From positions 10,576 to 74,575 of the IMG/VR virus record IMGVR_UViG_3300029818_000001: a stretch of 64,000 bases of DNA; one strand, written 5' to 3'. The position numbers and the translations under genes are program-made. Below the pieces are notes generated by a model that saw nothing but the letters and a program-made list of their open reading frames with translations, did not search any database and had not been told where the DNA came from. Below are positions 37,618 through 45,055 of the stretch, in pieces. Position 1 is the stretch's first letter, and each line of letters opens with the position of its first letter. The DNA comes from a virus. Taxonomy: Duplodnaviria; Caudoviricetes.

Positions 37618-38255
37618 TGAATGAGCAAGAAGAGAAGCACCCACTGGAGTTTTCCCTCAAAGGAAACAACACGATCTATGTCGGCTGCGAGTTTCGAGCC
37701 TTTCGTCAAAACTATGCGATTTGTTTGAATGTTATCAAGGCATACGAAGAAGGTCGCCGCAAGCTTGAGGAAGAGTGTTGTAGCGAGATCAAGCGAGGCG
37801 TTTGTCCCGCGCTCGCCATGAGAAAAGAAGAAGTCGAGGCAGGCTATGCGTTGCATTATAAACCTAGAGCACCTGCACCTGAGGTTAAGAAAGAGGAGAA
37901 GGTGATTTTTCAATCCTCGAATTACACTCAAAAAGATCCAAACTATCAGCGCGGGTGGAATCACGCCGGGTCAGTCATTAATGGCGCAAAGAATAAATCC
38001 ATCAAGAGTGTGCCAATTGCACCTTTGGCACAAAACAAGAGATTTACGGCGGATGTGGAGGCTAGAGTTAAAAGCGACAATCTTTCCTTTTCTGATGCCA
38101 TATCATCAGCAATCAAGAGTGAGATTGGCGATACGAAAAATCAGCAAAAACAAAAAGAGTTGGTAGAGAAAGAAATTAAAGAGACTCCAATTAAGCAGGA
38201 GTCGTTATTGGAAAAAGCAAGACGTTTAAGAGAGCAAAAGGAGATGAGTAGATGA
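37617..38255 (+). CDS. Hypothetical protein with N-terminal Cys cluster
   Basis: CEFR..YAIC..CC..CPAL; ATG at 37617. Confidence 0.65.
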   Translation: MNEQEEKHPLEFSLKGNNTIYVGCEFRAFRQNYAICLNVIKAYEEGRRKLEEECCSEIKRGVCPALAMRKEEVEAGYALHYKPRAPAPEVKKEEKVIFQSSNYTQKDPNYQRGWNHAGSVINGAKNKSIKSVPIAPLAQNKRFTADVEARVKSDNLSFSDAISSAIKSEIGDTKNQQKQKELVEKEIKETPIKQESLLEKARRLREQKEMSR

Positions 38256-38440
38256 TGGAGTTGGCAGTAGGGTTGATTGCGCTCTATATAATAAGGAATG
38301 GAGGCTTTTGTCATTCCGTGCATTTTATAGGCGCAGCATGTATTGCGATCGTCGCGGGAATGGTGTGGTATATAGCCATACCGGTAATTGTAACCGCTAT
38401 GCTGTTTGAGACGATGGCTAAGAACACTTTAAAGCGCTAG
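38252..38440 (+). CDS. Small hydrophobic membrane protein
   Basis: 62 aa, mostly hydrophobic, ATGA-coupled. Confidence 0.5.
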   Translation: MMELAVGLIALYIIRNGGFCHSVHFIGAACIAIVAGMVWYIAIPVIVTAMLFETMAKNTLKR

Positions 38441-38484
38441 CTCATTTGCGCAGAGTTATGGTATTTTCCACACAGGAGGATGCC

Positions 38485-38922
38485 ATGATTCGAAAACGCA
38501 GCACTATTTTAAAAACCACCAGAGACGACTTTTTGACCGATGTTGAGTTGGCTAAGTCATTAAGTCGTTTTTCACCTATGGCGCAAAAGGCCATTCTATT
38601 TTCGCTATTAACACATACGTCTCCAGAAGAAACGACCTTGCTGACGTGGGAAGAGGCGAAAAGGCTTCGATTAGATAAACCCTCGATTCAATTATTGAGA
38701 ACGTTGCCAGTCCATATCAATTCGCTGTTGGTATTTTGGAAGCAAACCAGCGAGGGCGAAGTTTATCCGATTTACAATCTCAATAGCCTTTGTCGCCATA
38801 TCGCTAACGGAAAAGATTGGTCGACCTATCAAGAAGCGTTCGATCGAATGATTTATGTTGCCGATTCATCAGTCGCCTTTAATACAATTTTGATTAAGCA
38901 CCTAATGACTTTTCGTCTATAA
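38485..38922 (+). CDS. Degenerate tyrosine-recombinase-fold protein
   Basis: AGGAGG RBS before ATG at 38485; FLTDVEL...AILFSLLTHTSPEE..LTW aligns ungapped to the integrase box I region but lacks the catalytic Arg. Confidence 0.5.
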   Translation: MIRKRSTILKTTRDDFLTDVELAKSLSRFSPMAQKAILFSLLTHTSPEETTLLTWEEAKRLRLDKPSIQLLRTLPVHINSLLVFWKQTSEGEVYPIYNLNSLCRHIANGKDWSTYQEAFDRMIYVADSSVAFNTILIKHLMTFRL

Positions 38923-39050
38923 TTGCGGCACGTTTTTGGCACACTGGTGGCACAGTGCCAAGCGAAATAAGAGGATTTTTGAGTAATTTTTAGAGTGTGC
39001 CAGAAGTTGCGATTTTAGCTTTAACTGTTTGATTTTTTTAATGCTTTTTA

Positions 39051-39137
39051 TGGTGCCGAGGAGAGGACTTGAACCTCCACGCCCTTGCGAGCACTAGCAC
39101 CTGAAGCTAGCGTGTCTACCAATTTCACCACCTCGGC
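39051..39137 (-). tRNA. tRNA-Leu(CAG), complete with CCA
   Basis: Reverse complement GCCGAGGTGGTGAAATTGGTAGACACG CTAGC TTCAGGT GCTAG ... GTTCAAGTC ... CTCGGCACCA; 87 nt, long variable arm. Confidence 0.95.
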
Positions 39138-39202
39138 AAAGGTGTGCTGTATCAGCGAAGTGAGCTAATAAAATCAACAACTTGGGTTAGATCGTCTTGA
39201 CT

Positions 39203-39230
39203 GATATAGCCGGAGGCTAGTGACAGTCAA
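39203..39230 (-). promoter_or_regulatory. Putative sigma70 promoter for the tRNA
   Basis: - strand TTGACT-16 bp-TATATC, about 65 nt upstream of the tRNA 5' end. Confidence 0.4.
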
Positions 39231-39269
39231 AAGTAGCTCTGGCACACTCTCGGCACAGTGAGAAAAATT

Positions 39270-40226
39270 ATGGCGACAATTAGAAAGCGGTCGGGCAAGT
39301 GGCACGTTCAAGTTAGAAAGTTGGGTCAGTCAATAACCAGAAGTTTTACTAGCAAGAACGATGCCGAAAGATGGGCTAGACAGACAGAAAGCGAAATTGA
39401 GCAAGATCGCTTTGTGCCAAAAAGAAAATCGGTCAACTTGTCATTTTTACTTGACAAGTGGCGAGACGAAGTGTTGATAAATCTAAAAAGCCACTCTGTC
39501 GATAAATATAAGGTGGAGCTTATTAAGCGCAGTCTTGGCGAATACTCGCTGAATGAGATCACCAGTGAGCGTCTTGCTGCATATCGGGACGAGCGCGCGA
39601 AAGAGGTTTCAGCACAAACCGTCAAGCATGAGTTGGGAATTATCCGGCGAGCTATGAACTGCGGCGTTGAATGGGGCTTCAACAATAGCGTCCCCTATGT
39701 TAAATCACCCTCGCTGAAGGGTCAGGGTCGCAAGCGCAGATTAAACGATAATGAATCTGCCAAGCTTGAGGCGACTGTGGATGAATACATGCACAACATC
39801 ATCATCTTTCTGGAGGAGACCGCCATGCGTCGCGGGGAGTTGGCAAAAATTAAACTGTCCGATGTCAGTATCGATGAGCGGTCTATTCATTTGGGCGACA
39901 CCAAGAATGGCGATGACCGAGTGGTCCCGGTAAGTAAAAGAGGTATGACAGCTTTGCGTTATCTGATGGACAACGCAAAGGGAGAGAAATTGTTAAATTA
40001 CTCGAAAGGCTGGTTGTCGAGAAAATTCACACGATATAGAAAGAGCGCAGGCATAGAAGATTTTCGACTGCATGACTTTCGACATGAAGGCGCTTCGCTG
40101 CTATTCGAAAAGGGCTTGAACGTGATGGAGGTTGGGGCAATTACAGGTCACAAAGATTTGGCATCACTTAGTCGATACACTCATATCAACACCAGACACT
40201 TATTGAAAAAGCTGGACGAGAAGTGA
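39270..40226 (+). CDS. int: Tyrosine integrase
   Basis: TAMRRGE (R), TKNG (K), HDFRH, GHK, RYTH (Y); N-terminal arm-binding-like region; adjacent to the tRNA. Confidence 0.95.
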   Translation: MATIRKRSGKWHVQVRKLGQSITRSFTSKNDAERWARQTESEIEQDRFVPKRKSVNLSFLLDKWRDEVLINLKSHSVDKYKVELIKRSLGEYSLNEITSERLAAYRDERAKEVSAQTVKHELGIIRRAMNCGVEWGFNNSVPYVKSPSLKGQGRKRRLNDNESAKLEATVDEYMHNIIIFLEETAMRRGELAKIKLSDVSIDERSIHLGDTKNGDDRVVPVSKRGMTALRYLMDNAKGEKLLNYSKGWLSRKFTRYRKSAGIEDFRLHDFRHEGASLLFEKGLNVMEVGAITGHKDLASLSRYTHINTRHLLKKLDEK

Positions 40227-40241
40227 TGCCAAATTATACCC

Positions 40242-40637
40242 TTATTGAGACGCAACACTTTTGATTGCGTCAATTATACCTTTCTTTCTGGCGAGAATTT
40301 CAACAGGCGAGTAGGTGTTGCGCATCGCCTTAATAATCTCGCGCTCATCCTCACTAATCGGCTCGCCCAATATTTGTTTAATGGCTTCGTATTTTTCAGG
40401 TTCGTAAGCGGTCATTACAATATCAAGCATGACCGCAGGATCGGCACCGATAATCTTTGCCAGTTTTGGAATAACATAGACTGGTAACTTAGAGCGACCT
40501 TGTTTAAACATGGTGATAACATTTGGGTTGTCGTAACCGAGCATTTCCGCTATTTGATTCTGTCTATATTTACAGGCGTCAATCTTGTCGCGAATAAAGT
40601 TTGCAACGGTCTGGTTTTCGATGGATATTTTCGACAT
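40242..40637 (-). CDS. XRE-family HTH repressor
   Basis: QNQIAEMLGYDNPNVITMFKQGRSKLP; the only convincing - strand CDS, divergent from the replication genes. Confidence 0.85.
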   Translation of the reverse strand: MSKISIENQTVANFIRDKIDACKYRQNQIAEMLGYDNPNVITMFKQGRSKLPVYVIPKLAKIIGADPAVMLDIVMTAYEPEKYEAIKQILGEPISEDEREIIKAMRNTYSPVEILARKKGIIDAIKSVASQ

Positions 40638-40713
40638 ACTTTCCTCTTTTTATTTTAAATGATGCAATTATTTGTTGCCATCATCGCCGCTCTGTGATAA
40701 TTCGTCTAGTATT

Positions 40714-40880
40714 ATTTATGCGGTGACTTATTATAATTGCGGCCTTGTGTCAATGCAAAACTTATTTATGTTTTGCCAATGAGAATTGGGTCACATTTTA
40801 ATTTGTAAGTAAATGCTTACAGCCAAACTATTATAATGGCGAGAATAACTGTAGTCTAATTATTAAATAAATGGTGACTT
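40714..40880. promoter_or_regulatory. Divergent control region with degenerate operator-like sites
   Basis: TGACTT half-sites at 40714-40729 and 40865-40880, degenerate site at 40807-40822, TATAAT boxes at 40732-40737 and 40832-40837. Confidence 0.5.
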
Positions 40881-40983
40881 TTATTTGTTTGCTGAATAAA
40901 TATTAAGGCTGTAAAATTGTTGAAGCGGCACAAGAGAGCCAATTACAGATGCCCGCATAGCATCTGTCGTTGGCGTTTTACAT

Positions 40984-41199
40984 TTGATTATGAAGTGGTT
41001 GGAATATAGCATGACGAATAAAAATTACAATAGCGCAGTATCTAAAGCGTTAGATGAATTGGCATCAGAACTGCCGGAGGATGGTGTGGACGTTTTAGAT
41101 TTCAACGACCATGTGGTTAATATATGGAAAGATTGTAAAGGAAATATTAAGCTATCGATACACGCCGGTGGCAGCAGAGTGACAATTTTAACGATGTAA
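40984..41199 (+). CDS. Small hypothetical protein
   Basis: 63-71 aa ORF (likely ATG at 41011) opposite the repressor. Confidence 0.45.
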   Translation: MIMKWLEYSMTNKNYNSAVSKALDELASELPEDGVDVLDFNDHVVNIWKDCKGNIKLSIHAGGSRVTILTM

Positions 41200-41324
41200 C
41201 GCGGAGTAGGTGACTTGTCGAATTTTAGAGCTTACCTGATCAAAACCTACTTATTCGATGTAGAATGACAACTGAGTAAAGCAATTCGATAAGTCGCAGC
41301 CGGCTTTAAGTTATGCCGGTAAGT

Positions 41325-41340
41325 AAGTCACCTATGAATA
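41325..41340. promoter_or_regulatory. Operator-like site
   Basis: AAGTCA-CCTA-TGAATA directly before the cobT-like RBS. Confidence 0.55.
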
Positions 41341-41349
41341 AGAGGATTT

Positions 41350-43263
41350 ATGAAAAAAGACGTTGAGGTATTAAGAGAGAGTATCCGCGCAATCACGCAG
41401 ATATTGGCGCAAGACAACATACAGGTTACGCAAACAGGTGTGGACGCATATACGGTGGCTGACGAAACAGGCAGACCGGAGCTGATTAATCTACCTTATT
41501 TGCCGGATGACGCCTCGGATGAATTGATTAGTGCGGTTCAAGGTTATCTCGATCACGAAGTAGGTCACGCTTTGTTTTCTGATTTCAGCGTGGCGTCTAA
41601 AGCTAAGAGATCTGGCAGCGTTGTCGCTCAGTTTCACAATATCGTCGAAGACACCTTCGTCGAGCGCAAGATGATTGGCAAATTTAGAGGCTGTAGTTAC
41701 AACTTGGGTAGCGTCGGTGCCTTTTATCTTTCGCGCTTTGTCGATAAGAAGATCGAGGAGGGTGATGAGAAGACGCTCGCGTCAGTATTAGTGGTTCCAG
41801 CAATACGGGCGTTCTCAGGTCAGCAGATATTTATTGATTACATGGCTGATAAGTGGCACATCATCGCCGATTTCCGTAAGATAGTTGAGCCAATGAGTGC
41901 GGAAATTGCAAGCTTAAGTTCGTCACAGGAATGTCTCGACATGGCGATTAAAATTGTCGAAGCGACGAATAAGAAGAAAGAGGAGAAGAAAGAGGAGAAG
42001 AAAGAGGAGAAGAAAGAGGAGAAGAAAGAGGAGAAGAAAAAGGAGAAGAAAAAGGAGAAGAAAGGGGAGTCTTCGGAAGAAAGCGAGGAAGGAGAAGAAG
42101 AGAAAGACAAAGACGAAAGTGAAGAAAGTGAAGAAAGTGAAGAAAGTGAAGAAAGTGAAGAAAGTGAAGAAAGTGAAGAAAGTGAAGAAAGTGAAGGAGA
42201 GGGAGACGAAAGTGAAGGAGACGGAGAAGGGGAAGGAGAAGAAGGAGGCGAAAGTGAAGGAGAGTCGGACTTGAGGCTTATCTTCACAAATATGGAGCAT
42301 AGTGATATCACGGAGGGCGTCAATGAAGCGCTCTCGACAGAAGTGGTGAATACAGCGAAAGGCTCGCAATATGTTAAGTTCACAGATGAGTATGACGAGG
42401 TGAAGCCGCTCGATAAAGCGTATTGGTCAAGCGAAAAGCAGGCTCAAGAATTTGAAGATACTGTGTCACACATAACGGCACCTATTCAAAAAGATATCGA
42501 ACGAGCCATTTGTGCGCGTTCGATATCTACCTGGTCCAATGGGCATCGCAAAGGTAGACTGCATGGCTCGTCGCTGTCTCGACTGACGATTGGTGACGAT
42601 CGTATCTTTAGAAAGAAGGTCGTTAATAACAGTAAAGATGTGGTGGCCAGCTTGGTAATCGACTGTAGCGGATCAATGACTGGCAATAGAATGAAGTTGG
42701 CCTGTCAAGCCGCGATGACACTTTCAATGGTATTGGACCGCCTAAAGATCAGTCATGAAGTTTGTGGCTTCACAACGAAAAGCATGCCGCATGAAGTGAT
42801 TGTAAAAATGGAAAAGGATCGTAAAGATCGCGACATTTATTATGCGCGACAAGAGGCGATCGCAATGCCAATATTTAAAGCGTTCGGCGAGCGCTTGACG
42901 ATGGCTACAAAGCAGAAAATCACAGGAGCAGGCGTTGGTAATATAGATATGTGCAATAACTGCGATGGTGAGTCAGTTGAAATGGCCGCAAGACGCTTAA
43001 TGTCTCAGAAAGAGGCTCGCAAGATTATGATCGTGCTATCGGATGGGGCGCCAGCCTGTTGGGGCGGCGGCGACTTTAGAAGACATTTAAAGGATACAGT
43101 TAGCGGCTTGGAAAGGGTCATGGATGTCGTAGGCATTGGTATTCAATCGCGAGAGGTGGAGAGATACTACTCTAAAAACATCTATGTTGATGATGTTAGC
43201 GATTTGCCACTCGTGGTGGCAAAGCAGTTAAAAGCAATGCTTTTGGCTGGCGCTAACAAATAG
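41350..43263 (+). CDS. cobT: CobT-like protein (HExxH N-domain, acidic linker, VWA domain)
   Basis: DHEVGH, MIDAS DCSGSM, VLSDG; paired with a MoxR-type AAA ATPase. Confidence 0.8.
   Translation: MKKDVEVLRESIRAITQILAQDNIQVTQTGVDAYTVADETGRPELINLPYLPDDASDELISAVQGYLDHEVGHALFSDFSVASKAKRSGSVVAQFHNIVEDTFVERKMIGKFRGCSYNLGSVGAFYLSRFVDKKIEEGDEKTLASVLVVPAIRAFSGQQIFIDYMADKWHIIADFRKIVEPMSAEIASLSSSQECLDMAIKIVEATNKKKEEKKEEKKEEKKEEKKEEKKKEKKKEKKGESSEESEEGEEEKDKDESEESEESEESEESEESEESEESEESEGEGDESEGDGEGEGEEGGESEGESDLRLIFTNMEHSDITEGVNEALSTEVVNTAKGSQYVKFTDEYDEVKPLDKAYWSSEKQAQEFEDTVSHITAPIQKDIERAICARSISTWSNGHRKGRLHGSSLSRLTIGDDRIFRKKVVNNSKDVVASLVIDCSGSMTGNRMKLACQAAMTLSMVLDRLKISHEVCGFTTKSMPHEVIVKMEKDRKDRDIYYARQEAIAMPIFKAFGERLTMATKQKITGAGVGNIDMCNNCDGESVEMAARRLMSQKEARKIMIVLSDGAPACWGGGDFRRHLKDTVSGLERVMDVVGIGIQSREVERYYSKNIYVDDVSDLPLVVAKQLKAMLLAGANK
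41974..42189 (+). repeat. In-frame tandem repeats: AAGAAAGAGGAG x5 (+2 variants) and AGTGAAGAA x8
   Basis: 41974-42033 (KKEE)5, 42034-42057 (KKKE)2, 42118-42189 (SEE)8. Confidence 0.95.
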
Positions 43264-43290
43264 CAAAGCTATCGAAACGCCCTAAGAAAT

Positions 43291-43306
43291 AAGTCATGGA
43301 TGACTT
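43291..43306. promoter_or_regulatory. Palindromic operator-like site (perfect)
   Basis: AAGTCA-TGGA-TGACTT. Confidence 0.7.
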
Positions 43307-43379
43307 TTAATACCTGCTTTGCTGCTTTATTATAAGCACTTATGTTAATCGGCAATTTTTCAACAAAAAGAGGATATCT

Positions 43380-44525
43380 ATGAGCATGATCACCTGTCAA
43401 ATATGCGGTTCTCAAGTCCACTCAGTTCAGCTTCATCTGCGTGATGACCACGCAGAATGGACTGTCGAGGAATATCAAAAAGAATTTCCAGATTCGCCAC
43501 TGTTAAGCGAGGCGGCCAAAGAGCGTCTGGAAAAGCGCAAAGCGGAAACCACGCTTCGCCACATGAATTCGACCAACGTCGTGCCGATTGACAAAGAGGG
43601 CGGCGAAGAAATGGTCGCGATGGGTTCTCTGTTCGGACTAGGTAAGACGAAAGCGGCACTGAGCGCTACGGGCAATCCCATTATGATCAAGCGTTACGGG
43701 AGAGCCAAAAACTCAGCCGATTTAATACCGGATTCAGATGACAATTTCGTCTATGATATCGAGGTGTTGAAAAACGTGCTGTTAGGTTTCGATCTGAATA
43801 TACCGACGTATTTATGGGGACATGCGGGGACGGGAAAATCCAGTTTTGTCGAGCAAGTGTGCGCTAAAACCAACAGACCGCTGATTCGCATCCAGCATAC
43901 CGTGAATACCGAAGAGAGCCACATCGTTGGGCAATGGACGGCGAGAGACGGCTCGACTCACTTTGAATTAGGGCCGTTGGCGATTGCGATGAAAGAAGGC
44001 TACGTTTATATGGCGGATGAATACGATTTCGCCCTACCTTCGGTGCTGTCCGTCTATCAATCGGTCTTAGAAGGTAAGTCACTGATGATTAAGGAAGCGG
44101 ATACTACCAACAGAGTAATTAAGCCACACCCGAACTTTCGCTTTGTAGCAACTGGAAACACAAATGGAAGCGGTGACGAAACAGGTCTGTATCAAGGAAC
44201 GAATATGCAGAACGCAGCAAACTACGATCGCTTTGGCGTTGTTTGTAAGGTCAACTACATGCCTCAGAAGATGGAAGTTCGAATTCTGGTGGGTCAGTCC
44301 GGTATCGATGGCGACGACGCTGATCGTTTAGTCAAGTTGGCTAAGGAGATTCGCGATGCCTATGACGCCGGCAAAATCTCTTCGACGATATCGCCGAGAG
44401 CTTTGGTTAATGCGGCAAAGGTCGGCGTTCGTAGAGGCTCGCTATTAACTGGCTTTCAGCTTGCTTTTGGCAACAAGCTAAGTCAGATCGATCAAGAGGT
44501 TTGCACTGGGTTAGCTCAGCGCTAA
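43380..44525 (+). CDS. cobS: CobS/MoxR-like AAA+ ATPase with N-terminal C2H2-like finger
   Basis: CQIC..HLRDDH; GHAGTGKS; ADEYD; TGNT; AANYDRF; SPR. Confidence 0.88.
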   Translation: MSMITCQICGSQVHSVQLHLRDDHAEWTVEEYQKEFPDSPLLSEAAKERLEKRKAETTLRHMNSTNVVPIDKEGGEEMVAMGSLFGLGKTKAALSATGNPIMIKRYGRAKNSADLIPDSDDNFVYDIEVLKNVLLGFDLNIPTYLWGHAGTGKSSFVEQVCAKTNRPLIRIQHTVNTEESHIVGQWTARDGSTHFELGPLAIAMKEGYVYMADEYDFALPSVLSVYQSVLEGKSLMIKEADTTNRVIKPHPNFRFVATGNTNGSGDETGLYQGTNMQNAANYDRFGVVCKVNYMPQKMEVRILVGQSGIDGDDADRLVKLAKEIRDAYDAGKISSTISPRALVNAAKVGVRRGSLLTGFQLAFGNKLSQIDQEVCTGLAQR

Positions 44526-45055
44526 TGTATAGCCCGCCTCGCTGTTTTGGTCTTGCCTCGATGCACGGGGCAGACCCTAAGATTTGCGGCGATTGCGCCT
44601 TCGAGCCGGAATGTCGCGTCGCCGCCACGAAAATGATGAATGCTCTGCAAAAGCGCATTACTTTGGGTAATGTCAGAGTAATGCGCTCTGCGGTCGCCCC
44701 AGTTGCGGATGAGGTTAAGCCAATTGATGCGCCAATATCCACAGGTTTAAGCAAGATGGCTCTGGCTTTGCTTAGCAAGATTGTCGCTGCCAATGTTAAT
44801 TTGAGCGAATTGGCGACGCATCGCGTTAATCCATTTCCGCCGACCTTTAAGCGGGCGCATCTGCGCGGTATCGCCAATCTTCTATTAAGCGAACGGTGGG
44901 TGTCAGAGAGCGAAATTGTAGCTTTGCTAATTGAGACTCACGCCATGAGTGAGAAGAGCGCGAGCGTAGAGTGTCGCCTAATTAAAGAGATTTTGGCGCT
45001 TTTGGATATTGTCGAGCTTTCTAGCAAAAGCATGAAATTAAAGGAAAAACAATGA
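44525..45055 (+). CDS. Hypothetical protein with N-terminal Cys4 motif
   Basis: CFG...CGDCAFEPEC; ATG at 44525 coupled to the cobS stop. Confidence 0.65.
   Translation: MYSPPRCFGLASMHGADPKICGDCAFEPECRVAATKMMNALQKRITLGNVRVMRSAVAPVADEVKPIDAPISTGLSKMALALLSKIVAANVNLSELATHRVNPFPPTFKRAHLRGIANLLLSERWVSESEIVALLIETHAMSEKSASVECRLIKEILALLDIVELSSKSMKLKEKQ

Larger units (their letters stand above)
38937..39260. other. attP-like region (arm repeats and IHF boxes around tRNA)
   Basis: TGGCACACT-NNN-GGCACAGTG at 38937-38957 and 39240-39260; inverted GTGTGCCA at 38995-39002; WATCAANNNNTTR matches at 39022-39034 (-) and 39172-39184 (+). Confidence 0.7.

Noticed and set aside
39051-39137. tRNA as a prophage/host boundary
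   Set aside because: Phage genes and the same operator motif continue on both sides, so it is not an attL or attR junction.
40730-40753. - strand TTGACA...TATAAT in front of the repressor
   Set aside because: The hexamers are only 12 bp apart, too close for one sigma70 promoter.
41974-42189. Possible CRISPR array
   Set aside because: Repeats are contiguous with no spacers and are in frame within a gene; no cas genes.
41838-42383. Long antisense and alternative-frame ORFs (41838..42383 -, 41923..42369 -, 41954..42274 +)
   Set aside because: They arise because the purine tandem repeats lack stop codons in other frames; the products are Ser/Phe- or Lys/Arg-only low-complexity strings.
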